Assembly (NCBI GenBank): GCA_012295275.1
Contig: CM022673.1
Span: 2,976,001 to 3,040,000 of the forward strand
Direction: 5' to 3'
From: Chrysomallon squamiferum
Taxonomy: Eukaryota; Animalia; Mollusca
DNA: 64,000 nucleotides
Positions 1 through 15,066 of this stretch are shown one piece after another (the stretch's first letter is position 1; every line of letters begins with the position of its first letter). The position numbers and the translations under genes are program-made. The notes under the pieces were generated by a model. The model was not told where the DNA came from. It made no database searches and saw only the letters and a program-made list of their open reading frames with translations.

Positions 1-856
1 GCTAATTTTATTTATTTAACTTAATGATGGAAATAATTTCTGGTTCGTTTTTCAGAAAGGATCTGCAGTTATGTTATGAAAATAAATATCAACATGCTCG
101 ATAAACACTAGATAATTTAATTTTGAAATAAATAGATATGTCGATACATAATAAATGAATAATACTAAATAAATAAATAAATAAGTAAATAAGTAAGTAA
201 GTAAATAAATTGTAAGCAAATAAGTAAGTAGTAAATACTCGAACGAATAAATAAATAAATACATAAAATAAATGAATAAAAGAATGAATGAATAAATAAT
301 GCATAAATCTATGAAAATAGATTTATTAAAATGATAATTAAAACAAACTTGTCAGTGAACAATACAACAACAAAAGTAATAGTAATAATGTTAATTGTAT
401 TAATAATGATAATGATGGTGATAATTATGATCAGAATGATAATAATAATAATAACGATAAAGAAAACAACAACGACAACGATAATAATAATAATACTGAT
501 AATAATGATGATTTATCTTAATGATGACAATAATAATAATGATAAAGAAAACCACAACAACAACAATAATAATATTGATAACAACAATAATGAATAACAA
601 AAATGTCAGTTAAGGAAGAAAATATTTATTTGCTTTTAAAAAGCTATAACCTATTAATTACAATGGTTATTTCTAATAATTAACATTCAAAAATTAATAT
701 GAATACAAGACGATCATAGAAGAAATGAAGATGTAAAATAATTCCAAAAAGAAAAATATGAAAGAAAAGAAGATAAAAAAAAAATAATAATAATAAAGGT
801 CAAAACAGTATAAACAAAATAACGAGAAAAATTTAAAATTTAGTAGCATTAGTTTT

Positions 857-910
<54 letters not shown>

Positions 911-2203
911 GTAACAATGTAATAACAACAACACCAAACAACAAAAACAATAATAAAGATGATGATGATTATAATGACGATGTTAGTAATGATAACAATT
1001 AATGAAGATAATTAAAATGATAACGAGGCGATAATAATAACAATAAAAAAAGTAAACACTAATTAAACAGCCTAATCCAATTATTATATTTAAATTAAAT
1101 TCCGTTTTTATCAAATCGGCGCTTTCATACAGATAGGTACACGAGCAAATAACGAACTTGTCCGTCAAACCTCGCTTCGACATCTGCCTCTGATCAACAG
1201 ACGCTTCGGGGGTGGGGTGGGGGAATTAAATTGCAGTCCGTGTAGACGTCGGACGTTGCATCTCTTTTCGTAACATAAATCCCCGTGTCCCCGGACCCCC
1301 TCCCCACGCCAGTCGCCGCCCGAGTGTGAAACCCGAGACGCGGGTTATCGCAGCACGTGCGACTGGCGACTATTTTCCTCGGACACGGACGATGACGCGC
1401 GAAATAATCCGGATGTTGTCGAAGTAAAAAAAATCAGAAATCCCGCGAACTCGCTAAGATTATATGCGTAATACCTTTCCTCGCGGCTCCTGTTTCGCCG
1501 TATTTTCACAAGTGTCGGCGATTCTGACATGTAAAGACAATGTTGTTTGACAGAAATTAAAGTCGAATGTGGGAAAAAAAAGAAGAAAAGAGAACAAATT
1601 AGAAAGAGAGAGAGAGTTTAAAATGTTTTTGACACCACTCTGTATTTGTTTGCTTAGCTCAGTGGATGATGACGGATTAAACTGCAACGAAACAGCAGTG
1701 CTAAGTTTGTTTTATTTTAATAACGGTTGTACTGAAAATAAACTGGATTCAAAACTAGAAGAATTTACCAATATTTGAAATTTAAAATGATCAAAACTGT
1801 ATCAAATATTATTTGGCCTATTTCAAATTTTAAAACATTCAAGATTAATGAATTCATACCTGAAATGGACATAAAATGTTATATTGATGAATTATTTATT
1901 TTTAATTGTAGAACTTGTAGAGAAACGGGTTATATCAGCTAAGTTTATCCTAAAGCTGTATGATTAATGTAAGATATGCAAATCTCTTAGAAACGCCTAA
2001 TTAAAATTAACATTCTTCTACATATATACACATACATAACTGAAGATATTATTATATTTGTTGTTTACACTATCATTATTTTACTTAATATTATATACTT
2101 TAGAAAATTCATAGAACATAAAAATAAAGACATTTTTTAAATAATAATAATAATAATAATAATACATAAAAACAGATTATAATTTTTTTTTATTAAAAGA
2201 CCC

Positions 2204-2276
<73 letters not shown>

Positions 2277-3480
2277 AGGAGATGATCAGAAAAACAAAAA
2301 GTCGGAAATTAAATCTTGCTGCAAATTTAATAAAACAACAACAACAACAAAAAATATTGCAAGAAATACAGAATTTGGTACCGTTTAGTTTTTATAAAGA
2401 AAAATATTCGATTATAATAAAGTGGATAAATATGTGAATTTGGCTCCACACTCTAACTATAAAGATTATCACAAAGCTGATAAGACAATTCTGGCACCAA
2501 CAACTACATTAAAACTGAAAGAAATAATAAAATTACTACTTGTACTATTGTTAATAATAATAACAACAATAACAAAAACAACAAAAACAGCACTATCACT
2601 GACAACAATATCAATAAAAAAAGAAAGAAATAAAAACATATTTTAAAAATAGCGTGTTACAGAATTAATCTCCCAAACGGTTGTCATACTTTTATTACTC
2701 ATTATTTTTCTGACAGTGACAGAAATTTAAAAAGATAAGATTAAAAAAAAAAAAAAACACACCCAAAAAAACAACCAAATACAACATCAAAACGTCGTCA
2801 AAAGCCAGTCAATGCAAGAGCGATATTTACAAACGTATCTTGGCACAAATGACATCCAATCAGATAATAATATCTTGTTTACAAATTCAATAACCGTCTT
2901 AACACTCTTTAATAGGGATTTAACACAGCGGAACGCCGCTGTCTTTTGTGCAATGTTTAACTTGCGTAGAAAGTCGCTTACATTTAATATGGTAATTAGA
3001 TAGGGGCTTGTCAATGGAAATGACGCGGAAAATTTTCTTAATATGGTCCAGAAGGCGGGGCGTAATGTTATTTTTCTTTGAAGCCGTAAGGACTTCCTTC
3101 AAAAGGCTGTCGCGCAAATCGAGACAGACCGTAAACGATGACTGCCGATGATTGACGATTATATCGTAGACGGTCTCCGTCCAGACTTTATTTCTTAACT
3201 ACTCATAAACGAAAAAAATACATGCTGTTTTATTTGTTCGTTTTTCTTTTGCTCGTGAAAAATGAATGTCATCCACATTATCTGTACAAACTTATCATAT
3301 ACTTGTTGCAGACTGAAACTGTGTTTTATTGCTTCCCATGTTTCGCTTCTTGAACGCGAAAAGACATGTATTATTAATATTAATGCATTTTTAAAAAAAC
3401 ATTCAGGATTGGCTTGCTTCTGAAAAACAAGAATATATAGCGTTTCCCGTAAAGATCTAGCGTCAGTAAAATTGTTTTCT

Positions 3481-3665
3481 ATAAAACAAGATAGACACTT
3501 TTATGTTTGTGTGTATGTATACGTGTGTGTGTGTATGTATAAAACAAGATAGACACTTTTATGTGTGCATGTATGTGTGTGTGTGTGTATGTGTATGTAT
3601 GTGTGTGTGTGTGTGTGTATGTGTGTGTGTGTATGTATAAAACAAGATAGACACTTTTATGTATT
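3481..3665. repeat. Three-copy compound repeat (ATAAAACAAGATAGACACTTTTATGT plus TG/TATG tail)
   Basis: Same 26-nt head near 3481, 3539 and 3637, separated by microsatellite. Confidence 0.88.
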
Positions 3666-3766
3666 TGTGTTTATATATGTGTGATTGTGGAGTATGTATG
3701 TATGTATGTATGTATGTATGTATGAATGTATGTATGAATGTATGTATCTGTATATATACATTTAGG

Positions 3767-3876
3767 AAATAAGCAGTTTTTAAATTTAGTGTGCTTGATA
3801 TTTTTATTAATTATATATTATATGTGCATATACATGTATGCTAATGCTTACTTACATGATATGTATTTAGACATGT
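3767..3876. repeat. About 110-bp dispersed repeat, second copy at about 6967-7076
   Basis: TAAATTTAGTGT(G/A)CTTGATATTTT...TTATATATTATATGTG(C/A)ATATACATG...GATATGTATT is shared between the two sites in direct orientation. Confidence 0.8.
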
Positions 3877-4098
3877 ATGTCTGTCTGTGTATGTTTGTAT
3901 ATGTATGTTTGTATGTATGCATGTTTGTATATATATTTATATATATGCAATTATTTGTGTATATATGTATGTGTCTGAGTGTGTATATAAATATATATAT
4001 ATATATATATGTCTGTATGTGGTAAATATATTTGTATCTATATGTATGTACATGTGTATGTTTGTATGTATGCATCTATGGAACTAAGTATATTTGTG

Positions 4099-4154
<56 letters not shown>

Positions 4155-4477
4155 CTACTACTACTACTACTATTATTACTGCTGCTACTACTACAACTAC
4201 TACTACTAATATTTACAGAGTTACTTTTTAAATAATTAAATCAGAAACTAAAGCGATTACATCTGAGAAACTTAGAAGAATTTACACAGATAAACATTTA
4301 TTTACTTTCATTCTACGAAAGGCGATTGAAATATTTTAATTAATTCAAGGATTACAATTTAAGATAACGTTTCGTATTACACAATTTTGAAAATAACAAT
4401 TAAAGTATAAAATAGTTCTGAAATTTAGAAACAAAATTTAGTTTTCGTTCTTGGTGTGTGTGTGTGTGTCTCTGTAT

Positions 4478-4511
<34 letters not shown>

Positions 4512-4663
4512 AAAGAGGAGACAAACTAAATAAATATAAGGAAGAAAACAAAACAAAACAAAACAGCCAAAAAGAACTAGAGAAAAAAAGAGTCTAATGA
4601 AATACGAATTATAAATAAAATAAATTAAAAACTATTTTACAAGAAACTTTTATTTCTCTGACC

Positions 4664-4694
<31 letters not shown>

Positions 4695-7600
4695 TTTGTT
4701 TATTTATTTGTTTGTTTGTTTAGTAATATTTTTAACATTTATATTAAATATATAAACATTTAATAAATAAGTAAATAAGAAAATAAATAGTGATGATGAT
4801 GATAATGATAACAATAACAATAATAATAATAATAATGATGATATTATTATTATTATTATTATTATTATTAAATGATTATGTATGTTTTATATCTATATAA
4901 TTTATTTGTCAGATTTGATTAAACATCATTACATTTCAGAAGAAGAAAATATTAAATTTTATAATACGATTGTATAAAAAAAAGAAATTATTGTTTAAAA
5001 GCGAGTATCTGACTGTTTTTCGTATTCGTCCTTTTAAATACAAAATAAAGAAAAACAGATAAAAGAAAACAAAATATAGAAGAAAAAAAATATATATAAT
5101 AAATCCATCTTAAAAAACAGAATTAAATATAAGAATTTATTATTATTATCGTTTTAATTATTTGTCCGTCGTTTTATTTTATATTTAAAACGAAGTATTC
5201 TCGATTATAAGGTGAATAAAAAATCTTAAGTTACATATTTTGGATTATGTCCTTGAGCAACATGAACGGAATATAAAAACAGACGCGTTCTTTTTTTATA
5301 TATATATATACAGAAGCACGCACAGACACACACACACACATATACATACAAACATACACGCAATAAAAACAAAGATGGCAACCTAGACAGATGTATAAAC
5401 GGGGTGTTAAGAAACAGCGAAAGATACACTGAACGTTTTACATGAAACAGATCTCTGCAAGTTAAAACTACACAGATATACCAGAGTTTACAGTTCCTTA
5501 TTAAATAAATAGTTCACAAATTGCTTGATACCCGCGTAATTGGGAATCATTCAATCGAACACACTCTTCGTTGCTCGCGCCAACTGACAGGAATTCCCAG
5601 TGTTCCGCACGTGCGGGGCCGCTAATGTCAAAGACGAAATGTAAGAATAAATCCGCGCCAACTGCCGCCATCCCTCGAGATTTGCACGTGCGTCTAGCCT
5701 CGGCAGTGTTTAGAGAAAAACATTAATCATATTTACATTGTTTGTCCAAATGTCAAAAAACATTTGCACATTGACGACAGTGATAAACAAGAACGGACCT
5801 AGAAGAAATGGAAACGCGAAGTTCTGTGGGTTTGTTTTAAAAAAAACGTTTTCCAGTCATGTTCAGATTCTCGTGGAAATTTTGCATAGTGTAAAATAGA
5901 AGAATCTGGATTTTATTTTGTTTTATTTTTAACTTTAAAAGTATTAGGAAGCGTATGTTATAAAATGTATAGAATTCCGTAAAGGTCATTGAATCTCTGT
6001 AATATTAGTTTGTAACCGCTGTTACATTATCGAGTTACATGTGTCATATACACAATTAGTTTACATAAATATTGGGAATGTGCATAACACTAAATATTTT
6101 ACTAAACATTAAGATGTTCAGTGTACTTTTTTTCATTTTAACATTACTATGTAAATTTGTTACAGAATGTTATATTAAAACAGATCAGTTAATGTACGAA
6201 AGGAATGTTTATTTTTAATACTTAGAAACAGATTGTATTTAAATGTACTGAAGAAATTATGACCTAGTAAATAAAAATATCAAATTAAAATACAATGCAA
6301 TACAATACAGTACAATACTGTGCAGTACAAAACAACACAACACAACATAATACAATACAATAATGTAATGTAATGTAATATATATACATAATGTAATAAA
6401 TATATTACAAACAAAGGAAAATATGTGAGTGTGTGTCTCTCTATGTATCTGTATGTGTGTGCTTGTGTGTGTATGTGTGTGTGCGTGTGTGTAAAAAGCT
6501 GGTAGCTATATATTGCTCTAATACCATGGCAAGATGTGTTTTTTCTCCTATTTTCACGTTTTAATATCGTATATCTCTTATTAAAATAAAAGTATCAAGA
6601 CGAAATGTCGTTGTAAATTATTTCCATTTACTGACATATTCGCATTTTACATTAAAAAGAAAGAAGAAGTAGAAAAAAACACTTTGACAATTTCTGCTTT
6701 TGGCTAAAGAAAACATAGATAATAATAATTTTATTTGCATAATAATACTGATAGATATCACCTGTGCAATACTTATACACATTTTGAATCATACACAAAC
6801 AAAAAAAAGGGCCGAAGTCATTTGAGTGAGCAAATTACCACAGGAAGTCCGCGGTATAAAACACTGACTTGAATTAAATGTGGTAGATATATCCTAGAAC
6901 GCTTAAATCATTTCGACTGCCCACGTCGATGCCTTTCATGTTTGTCTGTATGTACGTGCATGCAGTAAATAACCTATAATTAAATTTAGTGTACTTGATA
7001 TTTTGTATTATTATATATTATATGTGAATATACATGGATGTTAATGCATACTTTCGTGATATGTATTGAGGCATGACTACGTTCATATAAAATGCATGTA
7101 AACAGAAAAAGAAAGACACATGATTTTAGTATTATTATTCATGCCTAGTTATATCTATGTCATTGCTGTGTACAATGAACATAATGAAAATCTCACAATC
7201 CTGTACAAATGATATAAAAAAAAATAGAATAAAGTGAAACAAATATTTCTTTCTTTCATTATTTAATATAAATAAAAAAAAAAAAAAAAAAAAAAAAAAT
7301 AATAATAATAATAATAACAACAACACAACAATAATAAGAATAACAGTAGTAGTAGTAATAATAATAATAATATTATTATTGTTATTGTTATTAATATTAT
7401 TATTATTTTGAAGAAGCGAAATATGTATTCTAAAAACATTTGTTTATATACAAATTATTTAGTTAAATATTTTTCATATAATTTTTTGTTGGGACTTTTA
7501 ATTTTTCTGTTGATTTGTTTTTGATTGGTTATTTTGTTGTTTTTTTGTATTTTTTAATTTTTTAATTAATATTTAAAAACTAAAGGATAACATAATAAAA

Positions 7601-8336
7601 ACAAACAAAAAGAAAAGAATTCTAATGACAATGATGATGATAAAAATAACTCTAACAAAATAATAATAATAATAATAATAATAAAAAATAATAATAATAA
7701 TAATAATAACAACAATAACAATAACAACAACAACAACAACATTTAAAACAATAATAATAAAATAATAAAATATTCATTAAAACTTCTAAGTCATATGTAT
7801 TCACAGAGAAACGAAATTCTGAAAAGTTCATTAACAATTCACATTAATCATTTCTGAGTTTTCCGATGTTTTTTTCAGTAACTTGTCCGTTACGCTTGTC
7901 CGTATATAGCACTTATTTTGGAAATATTAACTCATAACGTTTTTTTATTTATTTATTTTTTTAAATTACAGATAAATTATTTTTATACTGTTTTATAAAT
8001 ATATTCTGCCAGTATTATGTCTGTCGTCTATTCGAACTTCATATGCCTTGAATTATTGTTAATGTAGCAAAATAAATACAGTTAAAAGTGTATATGTGAT
8101 TGTATGAAGCTAAAGAAGAAGAAGAAAACAAAATTTAAAAGGTATAAAAGATAGAAAGGAAAAAGATTAATAGCTTTATAAATTTTTATATCTTTTATAT
8201 ATTGTTTGACGTATTAATTTATTAACAAGGTTATAATTATATAAAACATAATTCTCAGTAACTGAAATTCTATTCAGATATTATTCAGTATTTTAAGCCT
8301 GTAGATTGCTAACTCCAGAATATAAATATCACAAAC

Positions 8337-8404
<68 letters not shown>

Positions 8405-8639
8405 TAATAATAATGATGATGATGATGATGATAATAATAATGATAAATAAATAAAAATTTAAAATATAAATAATAATAATTAAAAACAAAATAAAAAATT
8501 CATTCTTTCTAAAAATTAAGATACTTTTGGCAATTTCAACTGCCAGTGGAAAAATGGAATAAAGATTTTTTTTTTCTTTTTAAATTCATCTACGAAAATT
8601 ATTATCGTTTTCCAGAAAACAGCCTAACAGTTTTGAACA

Positions 8640-9270
8640 GCTATACTGATTTACATCTCACTGCATAACATAAATATCATATGATATGGTAAAAATAGAA
8701 AGCTGCAACTTTATAAAGGTTTAGTGACTGGAATTTTTAACGAATAATTATATCAGTACAAAATAGAAATATAACTTTATAAACATTTAGTAAATGAAAT
8801 TAGGCGAATAATTATATCAGTATGAAATAAAAATATATTTAAAAAGTAACTGAAATATTGCAAATAATTATAACATTATAAAATATATAACTTTATAAAT
8901 GTTCATACACTGAAATATTGCAAATAATTATAAAAATATAAAAGAAAAAATATAACTATAAATGATATTCATTCACTGAAGAATTACGAATAATTTTAAA
9001 AATATAAATGAAAAAATATTAACATTATAAAAATTCATATACTGAAATATTCCAAATAATCATAACAGTATAAAAGAAAAAAAATATAACTTTATAAATG
9101 TTCATATACTGAAATATTCCAAATAATCATAACAGTATAAAAAAGATATATATCTTTATAAACGATCATTCAGTGAAATACTGCAAATAATATAATCGTA
9201 TAAAAAGAAAGAAATGAATGGTCATCTACTGAAATATTGCATATAATTATAAAATATAAAAGAAAAGTAC
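8640..9270. repeat. Degenerate AT-rich minisatellite, about 65-bp period, with more decayed copies out to about 10.1 kb
   Basis: Recurrent AACTTTATAAATGTTCATATACTGAAATATTGCAAATAATTATAACAGTATAAAAGAAA-like units near 8705, 8771, 8887, 8952, 9021, 9088, 9155 and 9220. Confidence 0.8.
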
Positions 9271-10857
9271 TTTGCCGTTACGTTACCATACCATTAACTA
9301 CAAAGTGTATTATTCTTTATATAGTATTATAACTATAACCTTATAAATCTTCATATTTTCTTCAGGGCAGAATTATGATAACATAACAGATTTAATAATA
9401 TTCAGCAGCACAAACGTGTATCTATAGAGATATTACAACCAAACCGTTATGAAACAAATATATTTCTACTATAGTATTATAAATAGAACGTTGTAAATAT
9501 CCACTGAAATACTGCTTATAATTGTGACAGTGTAACAGAACACGTTAAAAAATCTTCGGTTCTAGAAACATAATTATATCTAGAATTTTTATTATCGTAC
9601 CTTTAAGATATAAATTGTTGTTGTACTAATATAACTGTAATATATATTTATATATATATTTTCTACCCATCTAGATGGAATATTGCTGATAATTATGAAA
9701 CTATAACAGATTTGAATTTCTTAATTTTTTTAATTTTTTTTTGTTTAACTCTAAATAAATGCCAGTAACATCTATTTTGAGAAACCTAACTAAATATAAC
9801 TCGTGTATCTTTATAATGCAAACTTGTACGTTTAACTGTTTAAAAGAAAAATAACTCATTCACTTTGAGGCTGAAATAGAGCCAATTGTTACAACATTAC
9901 AGTAAAATATGACTTTGAAATTTTCAGTAGTAGTAATTTGACTACTAAATCGTAAAAATATTTTGGTATAATAACAATAACATTATACATTTTCAGTTGC
10001 ATTAGCTGAAATAGTGCCTTTTAGTACGCGAATATATCAAAATTCTATTATATTTTTAAGATGTGAAATACTGTTGTGACATTATAACGTGATATGTTAG
10101 CAGTCGTGTTGACTGAAACAGGGCCAGTAACAGAGTCAACAACACAGCAAATTAAAACGTAAAGGTTTTCAGTGACAAAAGCAGCTCCTTAGAGATATAA
10201 ATATATCATAAAGTGGTACCATTGTTAGAGCAGTATTTTAACTGTCACTTATTCTTTGTAACTTTTATTCACCTTTAGTACTAGCAATAATTAACCATCA
10301 ATGTGTTATCGAATACGACAATAAAACAGGAAAAATATACATCATCAAATATTCAGTAGAAGTGACAAGAAATCATTATTTTTACAACCAAACCATTATG
10401 ATTATTATTTTTTTTTTCTTCTGAAATGATTCAGAAAGCACAGAGATGTATCAACCAGTAAAAATTCAAAGACAAACAGTTGTCGCACATGTAAAGACAT
10501 GCACATGTACGCAGATGAGCGCTCGCAGATATCTCGTGCATGTGCCTGTTTTCGTTTCGGTCCGAGAACACGCACCCTGCAGAGAAGGGGCAGCCTTTTT
10601 CTGTTGTTTGTTCATTAATTCTCGGCCGGGTTGATTCGGGGGACTGTGGAAACAAACCGAAGTAAAGAAAACATGGTAGCGCACTTGTACATGTGCTCGC
10701 AGTTTTCGAGGGGTCCCGTGGTTATCTGGTTCGCACCTGGCGATCACAGGGACATTTAAATCACAAAGCTTGACTGACAGATCTATTGTTTAACTCAGCC
10801 CCCGTGACTGCAGAATAAATACATACAATTTTTAATGTTCATTTTTGTACTGACTGC

Positions 10858-10977
<120 letters not shown>

Positions 10978-11189
10978 ATGCATGTATATATATGGATATT
11001 GTTTTGGTATTTATATAGAAAAATGTAACAGCTTTTTTGTCTGAATTACACATAAGAAAATTAATCAGGTCTCTAGTAGTTTAGCTGTGGTTAATGTGTT
11101 AAATGTATGTATCTATTTAAATGTGGAGATATCTTATCCATCGCTCATCATGAAGTTGGCTGATAAATCAAAACGTTTTCGACTTTCAA

Positions 11190-11275
<86 letters not shown>

Positions 11276-11895
11276 ATCACAGTTATTCCTAAATAATTTT
11301 TTTTTTTTTTTTTTTAAAACGATTTCAAATGCTTCACTTAAATTGTTTTTCATCCTTCACGCGAATATTGTAATAAAATATAAGTGTCATTTCTTGTAGC
11401 CATACAGTTTAGAGGATGAGGGTTTTTCTCCCAAGAGTTTGCTACTCATACACGCCGGCTGATGGTTTATGCACAATAGCTCTTAGTCTACGAGTAGTTC
11501 GTTTCACGTGCTACTTACATACTGCAGTCGAATCTCGAGTGCTTAGACCATGTTTCGTACTGAAAGTAAAAAAGCTTACTTGTTTACGATGCAATTTTAC
11601 ACAGTGTAAAACTGAAGATGACTGCAACAATCTCGCTGCACGAGTTTTAACGTTAAAGAGAAGTGAATTTTTACAAATAATTATAGCCACGTTAAAAACA
11701 ACATGTAAAGCATGATTAACGTGGTTTGTCAATGTTACTAGCAATTTCCAGAGTTTTGTTTAGTCAAATAATGAATGATGGTAGGCAATGATTGTTACAG
11801 GCATTTTGAAATTAATTATAGCAATTATTAAATACAGCTAATGTAAAAAAAAAAAAAACCCAAAAAACAGCAAAGTTCATTTTGTTCGGAACGAG

Positions 11896-11926
<31 letters not shown>

Positions 11927-12659
11927 AAATAAACATAAAAGAATTGATTATGAGTATTACTGTTTTCTGAGAGCAGTTTATTGGTGTAAGTTATCAGTGA
12001 TGGTAAATAAAAATGATTTTAGAGTTTATTGCTAAATATATTGACTTTATTTTATATATTATCTGAATTTAATCATTGCAGACGTTTATTTTCATTTTTT
12101 AGTATATAATAGTACTGATCAGAAGATATTTCGATATGTAAGATTTAAGGAGAGTTTAATTATACCGATGCATTTGAAACATAATAACCATTTTAAACTT
12201 TTGGACTGAAGCATATAGAACACTTTTTGTTTGAAAATAATTACAGGAAAACAAAAACATCAAAAGAAAGTAAAAAATGACTTTGATAGCGTAATCTGAG
12301 AAAAATACATGAACAAGAATTTCTAGAACAGAGTAAATTTATGTAGCCCAATGATATCAAATTTGTATACCTTTACACTCCAAAAAAACAGAGCCAAAAA
12401 AAATAAAAAATAAAAAATAAATAAATGAGTACTAGCATATTTTGTGAATAATACCAGAAGATGAATAATAATACTAGAACAAGAGTTTTACAAATTCAGT
12501 TATTATATGACACATAGTACGTTAATATGATCTTTCAAAAACTCATACATATTCGGCAAGATCGTAAAATGAAAAAATAACAAAAGCGGAAAAATGAAAA
12601 ATGACATTCTATGAATAATGCCAGAACAAAAGTTTTTTTTTTTTTTTTTTTTAAATCAC

Positions 12660-13130
12660 ACGCCTAAGAAAGAGCGCGGCTGTTGGTGATGTTTTGACAG
12701 CAATGACGTCGTCGCGAATCTGGCAGCAATCTGACTGAACCTGACCAACTCTCGGCAGACCATCGCACACACGTTGGGCGTTTGAGTCGCAAGGTCTCGC
12801 TAATAGCCGCGGTAATGGCGTTGCCAACGTGGCGAATGGAAGACATTACCGAACGGGTGACTTTTGCCAGAACCGATTCCTGCAAATTCTGTTTCCTTTT
12901 GCCCCACGCTTTTTTTGTTTGATGTCCAGCGTGATTGAAGCAGAACGGAAAAAGGCGACAAATTGAATTTCTGGCAGGGCCGCGCGACGTCATCAAAGTC
13001 TCCGTGGATCCGGGGGCGGGAGGGGGTCCGGGGGTGGGAGTCGGGGGGGGGCAGTGGCTCGGGGGTTGTTAGTCCACTAGCATCAGAGTTTGTAGGTCGC
13101 AGGATCAGTCATTGCTGCTACTCTCGTTTT
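12660..13130. promoter_or_regulatory. GC/CpG-rich island with GC-box and G-run cluster; candidate cis-regulatory element in the Alx intron
   Basis: Abrupt GC and CpG enrichment over the AT-rich background; GACGTCA near 12987, GGGGCGGG and repeated G-runs at 13012-13065; no credible coding signal. Confidence 0.45.
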
Positions 13131-14935
13131 CACTTTTCAAGCAGAAAGATTTATCAAAGATCCTGGCCCTTTCAGTACTGTGGGAAGATGCATGTAAAGT
13201 TTAGTGTTAACAGAAAAATGTAGTCGCTTTTTCTGTTTGAACCACATATCAAAAATATCATTATAAGAAAATAATCAAAGTTATCCAGCTGTTTAACCAT
13301 GGTTTACTTGTAGGTGATGGTTCATGCGCTAAATATATAGACACAAAAGAGACAGAAGTATTACATTATCAGTTTTGAAATTTTATTTAATAATGAAAAT
13401 ACTTTATTTCGCAGCTGGATTCATTGTAAAGTATTGTAAAACATTTTTATTGTTAACACTGAAATAAGTAATTAATGTAAAAATAAATATCTTTAAAAAA
13501 ATATATAAATAAATAAAAAATAATAATAAACCGAATTTCAGAGAAGGTAATATGACGGAGAGAAAAAAATAATAAGAAAAAGATCATACGATGAAAAGAA
13601 ACGAAAAAACAAGATGAAGAAGGTTATAATGGTGAAAAAGAGACTATGACGAATAAAGAAAGAAATAACGAACAAGGAGAAGAGGAGTATAAAGGAGAAA
13701 TAGGAGAAGAGAGATAATTATATGAAAATAAATACAAAACAAATAACGGATTACATTTTCCTTCATAGAAACTTTCCCCACCGAACTATTTTTTCCCCTT
13801 ACCTAATTTCAATAAGTATTTATTTACAAATACATATATTTCAGGTTTTTTTTTTTTTTTTTTTTTTTTTCTTTTTTTCCAGCGTCACAGATAACCCATA
13901 TGGATTTCATCAAACGAAATCTTTTTTATCACAGAAATGAAATTCATGCACGAGATTATAGACGGAACTATTACAACGTTCCGCTGCAGACGCGGCAACG
14001 ACGCATGCGCAGTGCCGCCTCGCATGCTACTCTCCTGACGAAAGCTAACGTCTAACGCGCCGTGCATTCCGCACGACGTGAAACGTCTAGCATTATAGCG
14101 AGGCAAAAAAAAAAACCGCGAGCGCCGCTTCAAAGGTTTCCCCGCGAAACGATACTCCCCGCTCACAGCGGCTCAAAAGCGATGGAATGTCGTGCACTTT
14201 ATTCCTGAACGATCCTATAGCATTGAGAAAAAAATGCTCTTCGGTCGAGAAGGGGAGCTTAATCTAATTTCGAAGCTCGAAACAACTCTGCATTATACAC
14301 CGATAGAGACCAATTACTGCAGTAATTTAATTTCCAAGTCGTAACATCCATCTCGAGCGGCAGTTTGCCGCTAAGTTAGGAGAGAGCCCCAATGTTACAA
14401 GCAGCGTCTTCGTCGGTTGAAAAGCGGTTATGGCAAAAAGGAACCATTGAAGTCCAGGTATATTGGCTCGTTTCATTCAAAATACGTTCAGCAATAATTT
14501 AAGCACTCATCTTTTAAAAGAAAAAGATGAAAAAGAAAAAGAAGAAGATGGGTTTTTTAAAAAGGAAAAAAAAAAAAAAAAAAAAAAACCTGGGAGATTT
14601 ATTAAAAGAGCCATGCAATTCGTTTAACGTCTGCCTCCAGTGACGAGGGGGGGGGGGCTGAGTTAGCAATGGTTGATATGTTGTTGTGGTTTTTTTAATT
14701 GTGGATTCATCGTGAGATGTGAAATGTGTCTGACTTGCCGTGTTTCTCAAACACACAGGCTTTATTGTTTACAAGATGCTTCTGTCGGAAGTTGTTTGTT
14801 AATAAGAACAACAACAACAAAATAACAACAGTAGTGATAACAAAACAACAACAACAACAATAATAATAATAAAATAAGTAATAGTAATTAGTAATAGTTG
14901 TGGTAGTAATGATAAAAATAATAATAATAAAAATA

Positions 14936-15066
<131 letters not shown>

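Noticed and set aside
1345-1530. Minus-strand ORF containing KIRRNRSR as a possible homeodomain N-terminal arm
   Set aside because: Wrong strand for the Alx gene, and no TTF/LE..F/YPD helix residues follow.
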